From NCBI RefSeq assembly GCF_009834535.1, contig NC_045697.1, positions 10,604,001 to 10,664,000 of the forward strand: a stretch of 60,000 bases of DNA, read 5' to 3'. The position numbers were made by a program, and so were the translations under genes. Below, one piece after another: positions 1 through 11,760 of this stretch. This stretch comes from Camelus ferus (lineage: Eukaryota). The stretch's first letter is position 1; each line of letters opens with the position of its first letter. Below the pieces are notes generated by a model. That model was not told the origin of the DNA, ran no database searches, and saw nothing but the letters and a program-made list of their open reading frames with translations.

Positions 1-150
1 AAAGTCGCCTCACCTCCCTGAGCCTCAGTGTCCTCACCTATGAAACAGGGTTATAAATAGAACACAAGCAAAGGGATTTTGTATTAAAGGGGATGCCATG
101 TGTACAGCATGTGATAGGCACGTTGTGACTGTCCCCTAAAGGCTTGCAAT
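1..150 (+). mobile_element. MIR fragment
   Basis: CCTCCCTGAGCCTCAGTGTCCTCACCTATGAAACAGGG core. Confidence 0.65.
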
Positions 151-744
151 TATTGCTATTATTTTATTATTTATCTCATATCCTTGCCTAATAAATAACC
201 TGAACAGGAATGGAAGTCTCCAGAATCTCTGTGGGTTGGGGCAGAAGGCACAGTTCCGGTGGCCAGTCATAGGGCTGAGCCTTTCAAAGAGGAGCGTGCG
301 TCCCACATCTCATGCGATCCTGGGAACACTGAGTCTCCAAGCCCCTCCCTCCCCCACGCTCCTGTCTGAGATGCCCACCACCATCTCCCGGGGCCAAGCC
401 CCACCCGGGCATTCTCCTAAAGGGCGAAGAGCTGGGAACGACAGCAGCTTCAGTCACGGTACTGGTTTCAAGGATGCTCTTTCTGTGAGAACCGACACCT
501 ATGTATTTATTTTATAAACCAAAGAAGAGAAAAATATTATCCAAATGCCCTTTTTAATTACTTTTAAGCTTCAAAATCCTTTTACCTGCCTTAGATAATT
601 ATAACCAAGATTCCAGAGTCCACTGACAACATCAAAATTGCATGTTATCGACTATTTGGCTCAAGAACTTCAAGTCTGCAATTTTTAATAAATGGACTGC
701 TTCGTGAATTCCCATGACATCCTTTCACAGCAAACATGCTAGTC

Positions 745-845
745 TTTATTTTTAAGAAATTTTTGTTAATGGAGGTACTGGAGATTGAACCCAGAACCTC
801 ATGTATACTGAGCATGTGCTCTACCACTGAGCTACACCCACGCCC
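745..845 (-). mobile_element. tRNA-Ala-derived SINE (vic-1-like), short form
   Basis: Reverse complement reads GGGTGTAGCTCAGTGGTAGAGCACATGCTCAG...GGGTTCAATCTCCAGTACCTCCATT followed by an A-rich tail. A and B boxes present. Confidence 0.85.
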
Positions 846-1064
846 TGAGTCTTCTTTACATAGTTTCAACTTTAGTATCTGTGCTACCGAAGTGAACACT
901 TCAACTTCTTAATGAACATAAACTAGGGTCAACCCATCAGGTTATGGCCTCTTTGTACAGTTGGCTCTCATAAGATTGTCTTGGTTATGATGTTAAATTT
1001 TCATCCTGCCCTATGGTAGGTGTCACTCTGCTAGTTTACCAGCTCACAGGAGGCACTCACTCAC

Positions 1065-1224
1065 CTGTACGAATCATATTCTTCCAAAGTGGGTAAATAG
1101 CGGTGGATGTAATCTTCAGTGTTATTAATGTAGTGAATGAAATTTGACAGCTTATCCTGAACAGGAATCTTTTTGCTTATATTAGTGATCTCTGAGCCAA
1201 TGGAATTCAAAGTCCTCTTGATAT
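1065..1224 (-). CDS. PROM1: Prominin-1 exon 12 (160 nt)
   Basis: Encodes (D)[52 protein letters not shown](R). tttcag acceptor, gtgagt donor. Confidence 0.96.
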
Positions 1225-3333
1225 CTGAAAACAAAGATACCTCAGTGATGCGTTTTCCAACCTAGAGGACACAGAACTTTTGCCCTGGAACTCAACTGGA
1301 AAGCTCGAACCACTTCTGGCCTTTCCCGCATTATGTACGTGTCGAAAATATGAAAAGGGTCTATGACAAGCAGGAATGTAGCCAAGCCCATAGGAAAACA
1401 ATTACTTAACAAAACAGCAAGCCATGAGAGCTGACTGTAATGATATGGTGCTGAAATCAAGCCAGAGTTTTCTTCTACTTATTTCACTAAAAAAAAAAAA
1501 AAAAAAAAGGTCAGGCGATTTAAAATGTATTTTGTGCCTACCATGGGCCAGGCACTTTTATAAATGTTAACTCATTTCTTTATTCCCATTTCACTGACAG
1601 TGATGTTGAGTCCCCTGGGGGTTAAATCATTCGCCCATCTGTCTCTTTTTCAGAAAGCACTAGAAATGGGATGAAAACTCGGGTTTCTCTGACTAAAGGT
1701 TCTGTTAAATGACTTGGGGAAAATAATTTAACATTATAATAATTCCTCCATCTATGAAATGCCACTCAAGAACAAAGTAATTCTCTAGGACTAGTTTTTG
1801 GAAGAAGTGACCCAGGTGACATTTTTGTTAAAATTATATTTGACTCATACAAATTGAGACTTATTAAAGTACATCTCTGTCTTATATGCAAGAATCAATA
1901 GGATTCCCAGTGGTTGAACAGTTTCTATTAATAGTCATCTTAATCTTTCAGAGAGGAAATAAAGTTCCAGTTTCCTGGAAAGCGTCCATCCATCCTGACA
2001 AGTCTTGGGGTCAAAGCCCTGGGGGGGGGGGTAGGGCTGTCACCTGGTCCAACACCCGCCTAAGATCTGAAGTTGGCTTTATCCACCGTGATTCTTGACA
2101 TGGACATACCAAAAACATGCTAATCAGTGCAAAGTCCACCGACCCTCAAAGGCAGATAAACCTCTTTGCAGCAGCAGAAGTAAGACTGGCAGTCCTCACA
2201 ATGCAGTCCCAGGGCTCCTGGTGAACTTCGGGGCGGTGGTAGCATGAGCCAAAATGAAATTACATAACATGGGGGTAGGGGGGAACTGTTTTTCAAAGCC
2301 GGTGGTTCACATCAATATACAATCTCGAGAGCTCCTAATAGGAGAGCTCAGCGTCTCCTCCAGATGGCTTGTGCACCAAAAGACCCCAGGATCCTGGACA
2401 AGGTGACCCTGCAGGTCTCTCTTTTACCCCTGGGATCTCTGGGAGTCCGGGAGATGTAGCATGGAGACCGCCCCCGTCTCCTGCGCACAGTTGCCTGAAC
2501 TCAGAGTCGGGCCCCTTCTGCTCCTCAGGCTGTGCTGCCTCCCACACACCACAGCCTTGGTGACTACACATGGCTGGTGCCCTCTCTCAGCTAATACCTT
2601 CTTCAGGCCTCCATCTGGATGTTGCTTCCTCCAGGAAACCTTCCGTGACCCTCTACCCACCTTGGATTCCTTGCACACACCTCGCCCTGTTCCCGGAGGG
2701 TGATAACAAGCATCTGTAAACACACCCAGCTGACAGGCAGGAAGGGGTCAGGCCTTATTCACCTGCCATCCCCAGAGCCTAGCGGCGCCTGGCACACAGT
2801 AGGCACTCAAAGTACGCATGCAGGGTAGGACCCAATGCTCAAGACATGGGAGCTAAGGGTTATTTGTTTTGGAAGGGCATGATACTCGGCTTGATGGAAT
2901 GGCTGGCACTCGCTCAGACTTGGGAAAACTCTGGCTTGTGTTTGGGTAATGACATGGCGTGCACCGGGCCTCGCTCACACAAACCGCACGCCTCGCTTGG
3001 CCAGACTTACAAGGGAGGGCCATGAGTACTGGCAGAAGAGGTCCAGAAAGGGGAAACAAAAAAAGTAAACACAGAGATTAGTCAGCAGGTGGCTACTGGG
3101 TGTGCAGCGTGGGTGTGCAAGCCCTCAGATGCTAGCTTAGGAAAGCGTGAACTCTGTCTTGAGAATCTTAACATTTTAAAGCAGAATCTAGAACAGAAGG
3201 GAACCCACAAAACATCCAAAATACTATGTCTCAGGATAAAACCCCCTTTCTAAAGTCTTAATGGGTTGAAAGAACTCTACTAGGAAAAAAACTATCAAAT
3301 ACCTCTAGACGGTATTTTAAAACCACTTGGTCA

Positions 3334-3410
3334 GGACATTGTGCTGAACACCAGAAACTGATACATTGTAACTGACTATACTTCAATTAAAAAAATAATA
3401 ATAAATGAAA
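3334..3410 (+). mobile_element. Extremely 5'-truncated L1 3' end (77 bp)
   Basis: CACCAGAAACTGATACATTGTAACTGACTATACTTCAATT plus an A tail. Perfect 16-bp TSD TAAAACCACTTGGTCA at 3318-3333 and 3411-3426. Confidence 0.9.
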
Positions 3411-3787
3411 TAAAACCACTTGGTCAACAGATAAAAAGGAAGCACTGAGAAGATGATAAGTTTTACAAAAAGAGAAGATAATCTTACATAGCTTCAGAGA
3501 TTTCCCTTCTTAGCAAACAACCTTGATGGAGTCCCACCCCTGCTCAAAGAACTGTGTATACTGCATTCTTTCTCCATATCCACTCCAGATACCAAAACCT
3601 GAATTCGACATGATGCGGTCATTTGAGACCAGTGGCATTCTCTCAGCATCAGTTCTGTCTCTCCAAAATTGTGAGCATCCTTAAGAGTCTAAAATAGCAT
3701 TATATCAGCATCAGAGGAACAAATTCATAAAAAGACAAAATAAATCCCTCTACGGAGTATTCCTCTAAAAACAAATGAATTTTTCAA

Positions 3788-3940
3788 GGGGGAAGGTATA
3801 GCTCAGTGGTAGAGTGCATGCTTAGCACGCACAAAGTCCTGGGTTCAATCTCTGGTACCACCATTAGAATAAATAAATAAACCCTAATTAGCCCCCTGAA
3901 AAATTTAAAAAATTTTTAAATTTAAAAACAAACTTTAAAA
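3788..3940 (+). mobile_element. tRNA-Ala-derived SINE (vic-1-like)
   Basis: GGGGGAAGGTATAGCTCAGTGGTAGAG...GGGTTCAATC, then a CCTAATTA tail motif and A-rich end. Approximate TSD AAATGAATTTT. Confidence 0.9.
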
Positions 3941-4315
3941 AAATGAATTTTAAGTTCTTTTAGAAAATAAAATAAATTTCCAGCGAAAACAATCAGAATG
4001 TGACCTTCCAAACTGTGGACTTTGGCTGTTGTGGGCTCTGACAGCACCTGACAAAGGCGTGGCCCTCAACCAGACAGCTTCCAGCCCGCAGGCGGATGTG
4101 ATGGATGCTCAATAATATTACTATTTTTGAAAATCTCCATCACGGTGTGAAGGTAACACAACTGAAATATGCGTTGAGTGTTTAAGGTTTTAGTGAAAGA
4201 ATATTTTTTTAAGAGGGAAAAAGAATGATACAATTTTCAACAATACGTTTGTTTGTACTAGCAGCCAATTTCTAACAAGGAGAGATGCAAAATTACTGCC
4301 GACTGGGACTCTTAC

Positions 4316-4379
4316 CTGATATGACGTTCATGGTTTTACTTTCCACTGTCTCAGGTATATCATTAAAAGATCTATAGCC
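4316..4379 (-). CDS. PROM1: Prominin-1 exon 11 (64 nt)
   Basis: Encodes GYRSFNDIPETVESKTMNVIS(D). tttttag acceptor, gtaaga donor. Confidence 0.96.
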
Positions 4380-4619
4380 CTAAAAAATAGTTCAAAATAA
4401 GGTGAAATACAGAGTGAGCGGTTCGCTATTATTCATTTTCAACCTCATATGGAGTAGAGGAGCAAAATTAAAATGGAACATGCCCCCTAAGGCTGAAACG
4501 ATCATATGTTCATTACCCTTTAGAGAGGACTTCCTTTAAATTGTATCCGCTGAAGATCATGTTAAAAGGTTCCCATTTTTAATGTTCAACTCATGTTACA
4601 AGTTTACATGTATCTATAC

Positions 4620-4825
4620 TAGTGTTTCTCAATCGGGAGCCATTTGGTTCCCCAAGGAGTATCTGGCAACGTCTGGAGACATTCTGGTTATCACAGTTGT
4701 GGGGGTGCTGTTGGCCTTGTGTGGACATGAGCCAGAGGAGCTAATAAAAACCCAGCAGTGCACAGGATAGTCCCCACAACAAAGAATCATCCAGCCCCAA
4801 CTGTGCTGAGGCTAAAAAGACCCTG
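4620..4825 (+). mobile_element. MER20 (hAT-Charlie MITE)
   Basis: AGTGTTTCTCAA...TGGCAACGTCTGGAGACATT...CCCCACAACAAAGAAT...CCCTG. 8-bp TSD ATCTATAC / ATCTGCAC. Confidence 0.85.
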
Positions 4826-5159
4826 ATCTGCACAATGCATCATGTGCAGATATAAAGTGAATTTCTGAAAATAGAATCTTATTCTCCAGTGCAATTACAC
4901 AGTAAAATTGGAGATCAGGTCTCATAGAAAACAGTCATGTCCTAAAACACAACTGACAAAGGATACACATTGCAGGGAGCTAAAATGAAAACCAAAACAG
5001 CCACGCCAAGCTTTCACACTTTGCATCTAAATCCACGACAGGAAAATGTCACTATTTCCAAGCAACTCAATTCAATAGCCAGCCTTTCCTCTGGAAGGGG
5101 TTTAGTTTGTGTCTCCTACCTGCCTGCTGGTGTATTTAGGCATCCTCTAGGGGAACCGT

Positions 5160-5520
5160 GGCAATTACATGAACTGAATGTCTGTCTCCCCTGAAAAGCA
5201 TGTATTGAAATCCTAATCCCCAGTGAGACGTTGTCAAGAGGCCTTTGGGAGGGTGTTACGTTGTGAGAATGCAGCCCTCACCCTCACGAATGGGATCAGT
5301 CGGTGCCCTTTTAAAAGGGCTGGACCTCAGAGCTCTCTCTACCATACGGGGTTACAAGGACGCAATGGCCATCGGCAACCTGGAAGGCGTCCTCATCAGA
5401 ACTGACCATGCTGGCAGGCTGACCTTGACGTCCAGCCACCACAAATGTGAGAAACTTCTGTTGTTTATAAACCACCTAGTCTATATTCTTTCATAGCAGT
5501 GCAATCTGCTATAGCCGTTA
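5160..5520 (+). mobile_element. MaLR solo LTR (MLT1A-like)
   Basis: GAACTGAATGTCTGTCTCCCC...TTGAAATCCTAATCCCCAGTG...TTGTTTATAAACCACCTAGTCTAT...ATAGCAG. Confidence 0.8.
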
Positions 5521-6608
5521 TGAGATTTATGGTGCCAGAACACTTCCACCTCAGCCCAGCAGTGCTGATGTCATTAAAAGCACGTCCCCGACTCGTTTCC
5601 TCACAGGGACTAAGCCGCTGAGCGCACCAGAGCTTGTGCTGGCTTCAGTACACCTGGTCCCTCTGTCTCTATCGGTGTTTGGACTTGTGGGGCTCACCCA
5701 TCATGAGAGGCTTCGTGGCTGTAAGGGGACTCACACATCTCCCGGCTCCATTCCTTCATTTAACAAAGGAGGTGACATCAGAAGGCAAAGGCTAAGAGTT
5801 TTGAATGACTTGTTTCTGGGGACACTCACTTTGTTAGTATATGAAGATTAGTGTTGAAGAGTTATTTTATAACTTTTTTATGACTATGCTAAAAGGCAGA
5901 GCCAAGAGTAAAATTCTATTCTCTTCCTTTTAGGCTATTGCGGAAATCAAGGTATTCTCGAACAATGTGGTCCCTGCCTTTTTTAGGGTTTACAGTCCAG
6001 GGGGATAATCGAGACATGAAAGCAATAATCACAATTATGAGGAAATTAACAAAAAATATTTGCAATGCTGTAAGGATGTATTAAAAAGGGTTTGACCTGG
6101 TCAAGAAGCCCAGGAAAAGTCTCACTAAGAAAGTGATGTATAAAACTTAAAGGAGCTCGGCCTTAGTAGCCCAAGAAGGGAGGCAAAGGGGAGGGGGAAG
6201 GAAGAGAGCTCGGGCAGAGCGCCCAGCATGTGCACACGTGCAGAAGCGGAAAGAAACAAAACGCGGCTGACTCACAGGCCGAGTGGGAGAGCGTCTGTGT
6301 CAGAATCAGCATGGGGTCCAACACCAAGCCCACCAAATTCTGAGCCCCAGGAAGGTGAGATCATGTTTTTCTTTTTGTCTCTTACGGTCCTAGCATTGTG
6401 CTTGGCATAAAATAGATACACGATAAAAAAAAATTCCTGAATTGGAATGAATAGAATTACCCGGAGGATAACACCGATCACCGTTCTTGGCCACCGTCCT
6501 CCAGAGCATCACTGCTTTTCTGCTGTTACCTGTTTTCTTATGTACTGTTCTACTCTTTAAAATAATCTAAAATGAGCTACTGTATTTTTTTTTCCCCAAA
6601 AAACATAC

Positions 6609-6683
6609 CTCTTGGATCAAGCCGGACAAATTTGTTTGAAGAACATCACTCATATTAGCAATTTGCTTATCCAAAGGTGGGAG
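6609..6683 (-). CDS. PROM1: Prominin-1 exon 10 (75 nt)
   Basis: Encodes LPPLDKQIANMSDVLQTNLSGLIQE. tttcag acceptor, gtatgt donor. Confidence 0.96.
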
Positions 6684-7104
6684 CTGAAATTTTATAAAAC
6701 AGAATATTAGGCAAGGTGGTTTCCCCCAAAATTATTTGTCATAAAAATGGGAATCATCTTACACCCAAGTCCCAAAGTCTCTATATTTCAGGGTATGATC
6801 TAAGAGTATTATTTGGGGAAAACACATTTAGCTCAGAATGGGCTCTACAAGCATTAACTTTTCAACGTTTGAAGGTCTCCTGTTGCAGTCAGCTAAAAAT
6901 GAGGGAAAGAAATTTAACACAGATTGAGTATGTGTGACCTCACAATGTCAGGTACTGAACAGTGTTGAAGTACAGTTGTAAATAACCTTTGAAAAAGCAT
7001 GTTTAAAAGTAATAGTCAGTGGTTATCTTGGTGAGTGGCCTGGAATAAATATTTTATTTTACAGCATTACATATGGATGTAAGTGTTCTATCTCTTTCCA
7101 ATAC

Positions 7105-7770
7105 TGGGACAGAGATCATGGGCCTCTGACACAATGTACCGAGAAGGACACTGTATCATTTTTGTGACACCCTGACAAATACGCATAACAAATCTAATCA
7201 TGAGGGAACATTGGACAAAGCAAAATTGAAGGTCATGCTTTAAAATAAATGGCCCGCAATCTTCAAAAAAAGACTGAGACTGTTCCAGATCAAAGGAACT
7301 AAAGAGACATTACAGCTAAAGACCGTGTACTCTAAACTGGATCTCAGACTGGAAAAAGAAAAAGCAGTTTAAAAGAGCATTTTTTGGAAAAATCGGCAAA
7401 ATTTGAATATAAACTGTGGATTTGTTAGTGGTATTGGGTCAACATTATATGCCCTAATTTTGATCATCCAAATGTTATGTAAAGTTAGGAAATCCACTGA
7501 AATATTTAAGGGTAAAAGGGAATAATGTCTGCAACTTACCTCCAAATGACTGAGAAAAGAGCAAAATGCACAGTACACAATACTAAATTTGCACATATAT
7601 GGTGGTATGAAGAGAAAGATGGCAGATACAGAGATAAATTAAGCACATGGACCCAAATGTTGACATCTGGTGAACGTGGATAAAAGCTGTGAACAAGGGT
7701 TCCTTATACCAATCTTGCAAATTTTCTGCATGTATTAAAAGCACATCAAAAATAAAAGATACCCCCAAAA
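7105..7770 (+). mobile_element. Old L1 (L1MC/ME-type) 3' region
   Basis: AATCTAATCATGAGGGAACA...CTGTTCCAGATCAAAGGAACTAAAGAGACAT motifs, shared with the copy near 52.9 kb. Confidence 0.7.
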
Positions 7771-8200
7771 GGACTTGATTTCAAATAACCTAAATGCAAC
7801 TATAGGTCCTAGGCTCTGAAAAACTGTTCGATGACAAGAAAAGTGACTGTAGTAGATACGCAGACACAGATGTTGAATGTGACGTGTGTGAATGAAACCG
7901 ACTCACGGGATGTGAAGGTGAGGAAAATGTAGCTATGTTAAAATACTGTTGTGTATAAAGTGTGGTGTATATATATCACAATGCTGATATATGATTATTT
8001 TATCTACAACCCAGAACTTTATATATTCAAGTTGCTCCAAATTCTTTTTTTTTCTAATCTCTTTGGGAATATGGGAAATTACCCAATATTTAGGCATATG
8101 TGGTTAATATACTAGGCTCACCATTTTTAAATCTATTTTAATTTTTAAAGGTCTACAAAAATGCATTCGACTTCCTTTTTCTTTTTTAAAGCTGAATGTA

Positions 8201-8421
8201 TCACAGATACAGAGAACACACTGGTGGTTCCCAGTGGGGAGGCGGAGGGGGAGGGGCGATACAGGGAGAGGGGATTAAGAGGCACCAACTATGATGTATA
8301 AAAAAAGCTACAGGGATATACTGCACAACACAGGGAACACAGCCTGTATTTTATAAAATGCACATTGAAACTACCAAAGTAAAATTTAAATTAAATTTAA
8401 AAAGAAGAATCTGAAAAAAAA
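8201..8421 (+). mobile_element. L1 3' UTR fragment
   Basis: CACAGATACAGAGAAC...GGGGATTAAGAGG...A tail. TSD core AAAGCTGAAT on both sides. Confidence 0.85.
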
Positions 8422-8615
8422 AAAGCTGAATTCATTCTGATGTTTCATCAGATCAGTCGCAGAGAACTCCCAAGGAGGGTCTCCTGCGACTCCTTCTCTC
8501 CTGCTGCCACTGTTCTACCGCGACACAGACCCGGTCACCAAGCACCTGACGGGCGAGCCCCTCCTTATCAGCCTTCCCCAGCTGGCGCTGCCCCGGAGCC
8601 AGGGCCCCCCCTCAC

Positions 8616-8833
8616 CTGACTGAAGTCCACGCTGACATCCAGGTAGCTTAGAGAGCTGTTGATGTGGTCGCAAGTGGTGGCTGCCGAAGGCACCTGGCAC
8701 GCGGGGTCCTTGAGGGATAGCGCCAGGTCCTTCTGAACGTCACTCAGGTTGGCACTCAGCTGTGCGGATGACTGTTTCATGTCCATTAAGACACTGTTCA
8801 CCATCACCAGGGCTTCTTCGGTCTCTCTGATGG
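8616..8833 (-). CDS. PROM1: Prominin-1 exon 9 (218 nt)
   Basis: Encodes (A)IRETEEALVMVNSVLMDMKQSSAQLSANLSDVQKDLALSLKDPACQVPSAATTCDHINSSLSYLDVSVDFSQ. ctgcag acceptor, gtgagg donor. Confidence 0.96.
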
Positions 8834-11519
8834 CTGCAGGAACACAGTCCACTTCAGAACAGAGGCACTCACTAGGCCAGCAAGTGGAAAAATCCCTTCT
8901 CATCTACAAAAGTCCTCTAAGGGAACTCGAGATGAACTTGTAAATGACACTGGAGGGCAAAGCAGGGGACCCTGCTGTGAGGGGGCGTCTGGCGGGGAAA
9001 TGCAGGGACACTGCTGGCCTCCTCTGCCCCTGCCAGCTGCTCCCACCAGCTCAGCTTTCCCACCGGGGGGCTCTTTCCAACAAGCAGGGGCGAGGGTCAA
9101 CCCCCAGGAATGTGCCCGGGACGGGTGGGCACAGCATGAACTGGCCAGACTGGAGCAGCAGCGGCAGGGAAAGGTGTCGCCCCCCTAGCCTTGCCCATGA
9201 AGAGGTCAGCCCACACAGGCTAGCACCTTCCATCCCAAGCAGTTTTAACTCACATAAAAACTAGTCACCCCAAGTCAGATTTTAGCTGTGGACATTCAAA
9301 GAGCTGTAATTAAACACAGGGCAGCGGTTACAATCACAGGTTGGGATGCAGGCAAGCCAAGGTGCAGGTCCCAGCCTCTCTACCCGCTGTGTAAACAGAC
9401 GCCGATTCCTGAACACTGGCAATTTCTTCATCTGAAAACGGTGAAACCACCACCACCAGGCTCATACTGCAAACTGTGAGGTTAGGATGACCAGGCTGAA
9501 ATTCCTCAGTGGCACTGAGTCCACCTGTTAAATGTTGGAAGCTCCACCGCCGAGGACACGTCCCTAGACTAGGAAATCCCTATTCCGTCATTTGCTACCC
9601 TGGTCTCTCTGGGGCGTAGAAATTCAAGGCTAGGCAAGGAGCAAACTGACAACTCTTTTCCACAGTGACTGAAAATCAAAGCAGTGAAAGAGGTGAAATT
9701 TAAATTACAGGGCAATGCTTTTCTTCTAAGCAAATAAGTCTGGGCTCACAAAACAGATGCTGGGGGCACCAAGTCACAACAGCGTGCTGCTAGGGAAAGT
9801 GTGCCTTTAAAAACTAGTGTCCCCAAATTCCCCTGGCAACCACATGAAACTCGGTGCTAACACCACACACACACATTTTCATGTGTTGTGGCCTCTTGCC
9901 AAAAGCAGCGTGCAGTCTCACCCCAGGTCTTCTACCACCTTGTTCTAGCACGTTTGGCAAACTCCTTCACCTCTCGGAACCTGGTCTGCACACCTGCAAA
10001 TTAGAGGCTGGGTGGGAGGTTGGGTGGGTCATCTCCTGGTTATAAGGCGAGTCTGTGCTTCTAGGCTGGACCTTAGCAGGTATGCTCGTAGGAGGTGGCA
10101 CTGCCCGTGTCATCCAAGATGGTGCCACAACCCAGCCTTGATGATTCTCTCAGAGATCTGGGGAGGTCTCCAGGATTGGACTGTATGACCCTCGGCCCCC
10201 AGTTCTATCACCTTCTCCGAATAGAAGATTTTAGAGTCTGCTACAATCTTTTCTCCTGACTTAAGGCCCAGTCATATCTTGACGATATTTGAGATTACAA
10301 TATTAATAAAGACTTTATCAAAAAGTCGCTCTGAGCCCCAGTTGCTCATTTTCCATCTATCTCCCAGGATTATCAGCAAAGCATGGAGCAGGTACCCAGC
10401 CCAAATTAGAGGTTCAATAAATACCTACCATAGGGAAGCAAGACTCAAAGAACACAGTGCCAGCTAGAAACACACAGGAGGATGCAAAAGACCATGCCAA
10501 AATCACACAACACACACCTCACATCTTAATGTTCTGTGGTTTACCTCTCATAGCCCCTTCCGTCTTGACTTCAAGATGAGTTATTTTAAGGTAAGAGACA
10601 AACAAACAACAACAACAAAGAATGGACAATAAAATAAGTGGATGGCCCAGAAAACGTGTGTCCGTTTAGGCGCCATGTGTAGACATTCTGGATTATGGGT
10701 ACTAGGCTGCCATGTCCCAAGAAGGACTGAGAAGTAATAAATACATTTATTTTCCAAAGGCTTCAAAGCATTTTATAAAATGTCTACTGGGTCATAACTC
10801 TGGGAGTCATTCCAAGCCTACCAAGATCACATATATTATGTATCTGAAGTCAGTGGAAAGGTATTCTAGAATCTCAATTTTAGCTAATTAACATTTTACC
10901 AGCTCATAGCACACTTCCTTTAGAGGTCCTACCCTGCAGCTCAAATGCGACCTGCACCAATCCATCTGCATGTTTCTACTTTCTCCAAAGGCCACAAGAC
11001 ACATGCAGCTGAAAGGAATTTTTAGCAAAACATTTGCCGAAGCAGTTTATTAAGTACATTTTAAGACGCTCTGGCAACACCAGAGGCTAAACTCTAACGT
11101 ATTCAGGCTGGCTTTTTTAAAAAATACAGACAACTTCAATACAAATACAGAAAGCACTGAAATGAAAAAACATCTGTGTTAATTGGCTTTAATCCAAGAG
11201 AACTATAAAGCAAACAGGAAAAGCTGGGCAAACCACGGGGCAAAGTAAACATGCACTGACCCGTCTGCATATTTCTGCACGGCCTTTACCTTCACAGAAT
11301 TTTGAAGCTGGAAGAGATCTTGGCAGACCCCTGCTCCAAAGGCACTGACTCATGAGGGATCTGGGGTGCAGAGGTGCCCAGCATCATCCTGGGGTCACAC
11401 CAGCTCTTGAACTCCAGATTCCTAACTCCTCTTCCAAACTGACACTGAGCTGTGTTGCCGTGGACGGCCCAGAAGCACCCTGCATCATCACTCCCGAATG
11501 TGCCCAAATATCACGGAGT

Positions 11520-11760
11520 CAAGGCAGCACAGGCCTTAGAGTCAGACCAGGGTCTGAATCCCAGCTCCCAGCCACCACTTCCCGGCTATCTTATCTCAGA
11601 CAAGTTAGACGATCTCTGAGACTCACTGTCTCGAGCTGGCAAAATGGGGGTAACCAGATCCATCCCACAGAGCAGTTGTGAGCACTGACTGACAGAACAC
11701 AGGAGAGTACTTGGTGCACAGCATTAGCACATGGCAGGCCCCCAACACTCAACAGCTTTC
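11520..11760 (+). mobile_element. MIR
   Basis: GAGTCAGACCAGGGTCTGAATCCCAGCTCCCAGCCACCACTT...AAAATGGGGGTAA...GCACATGGCAGG. Confidence 0.7.
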
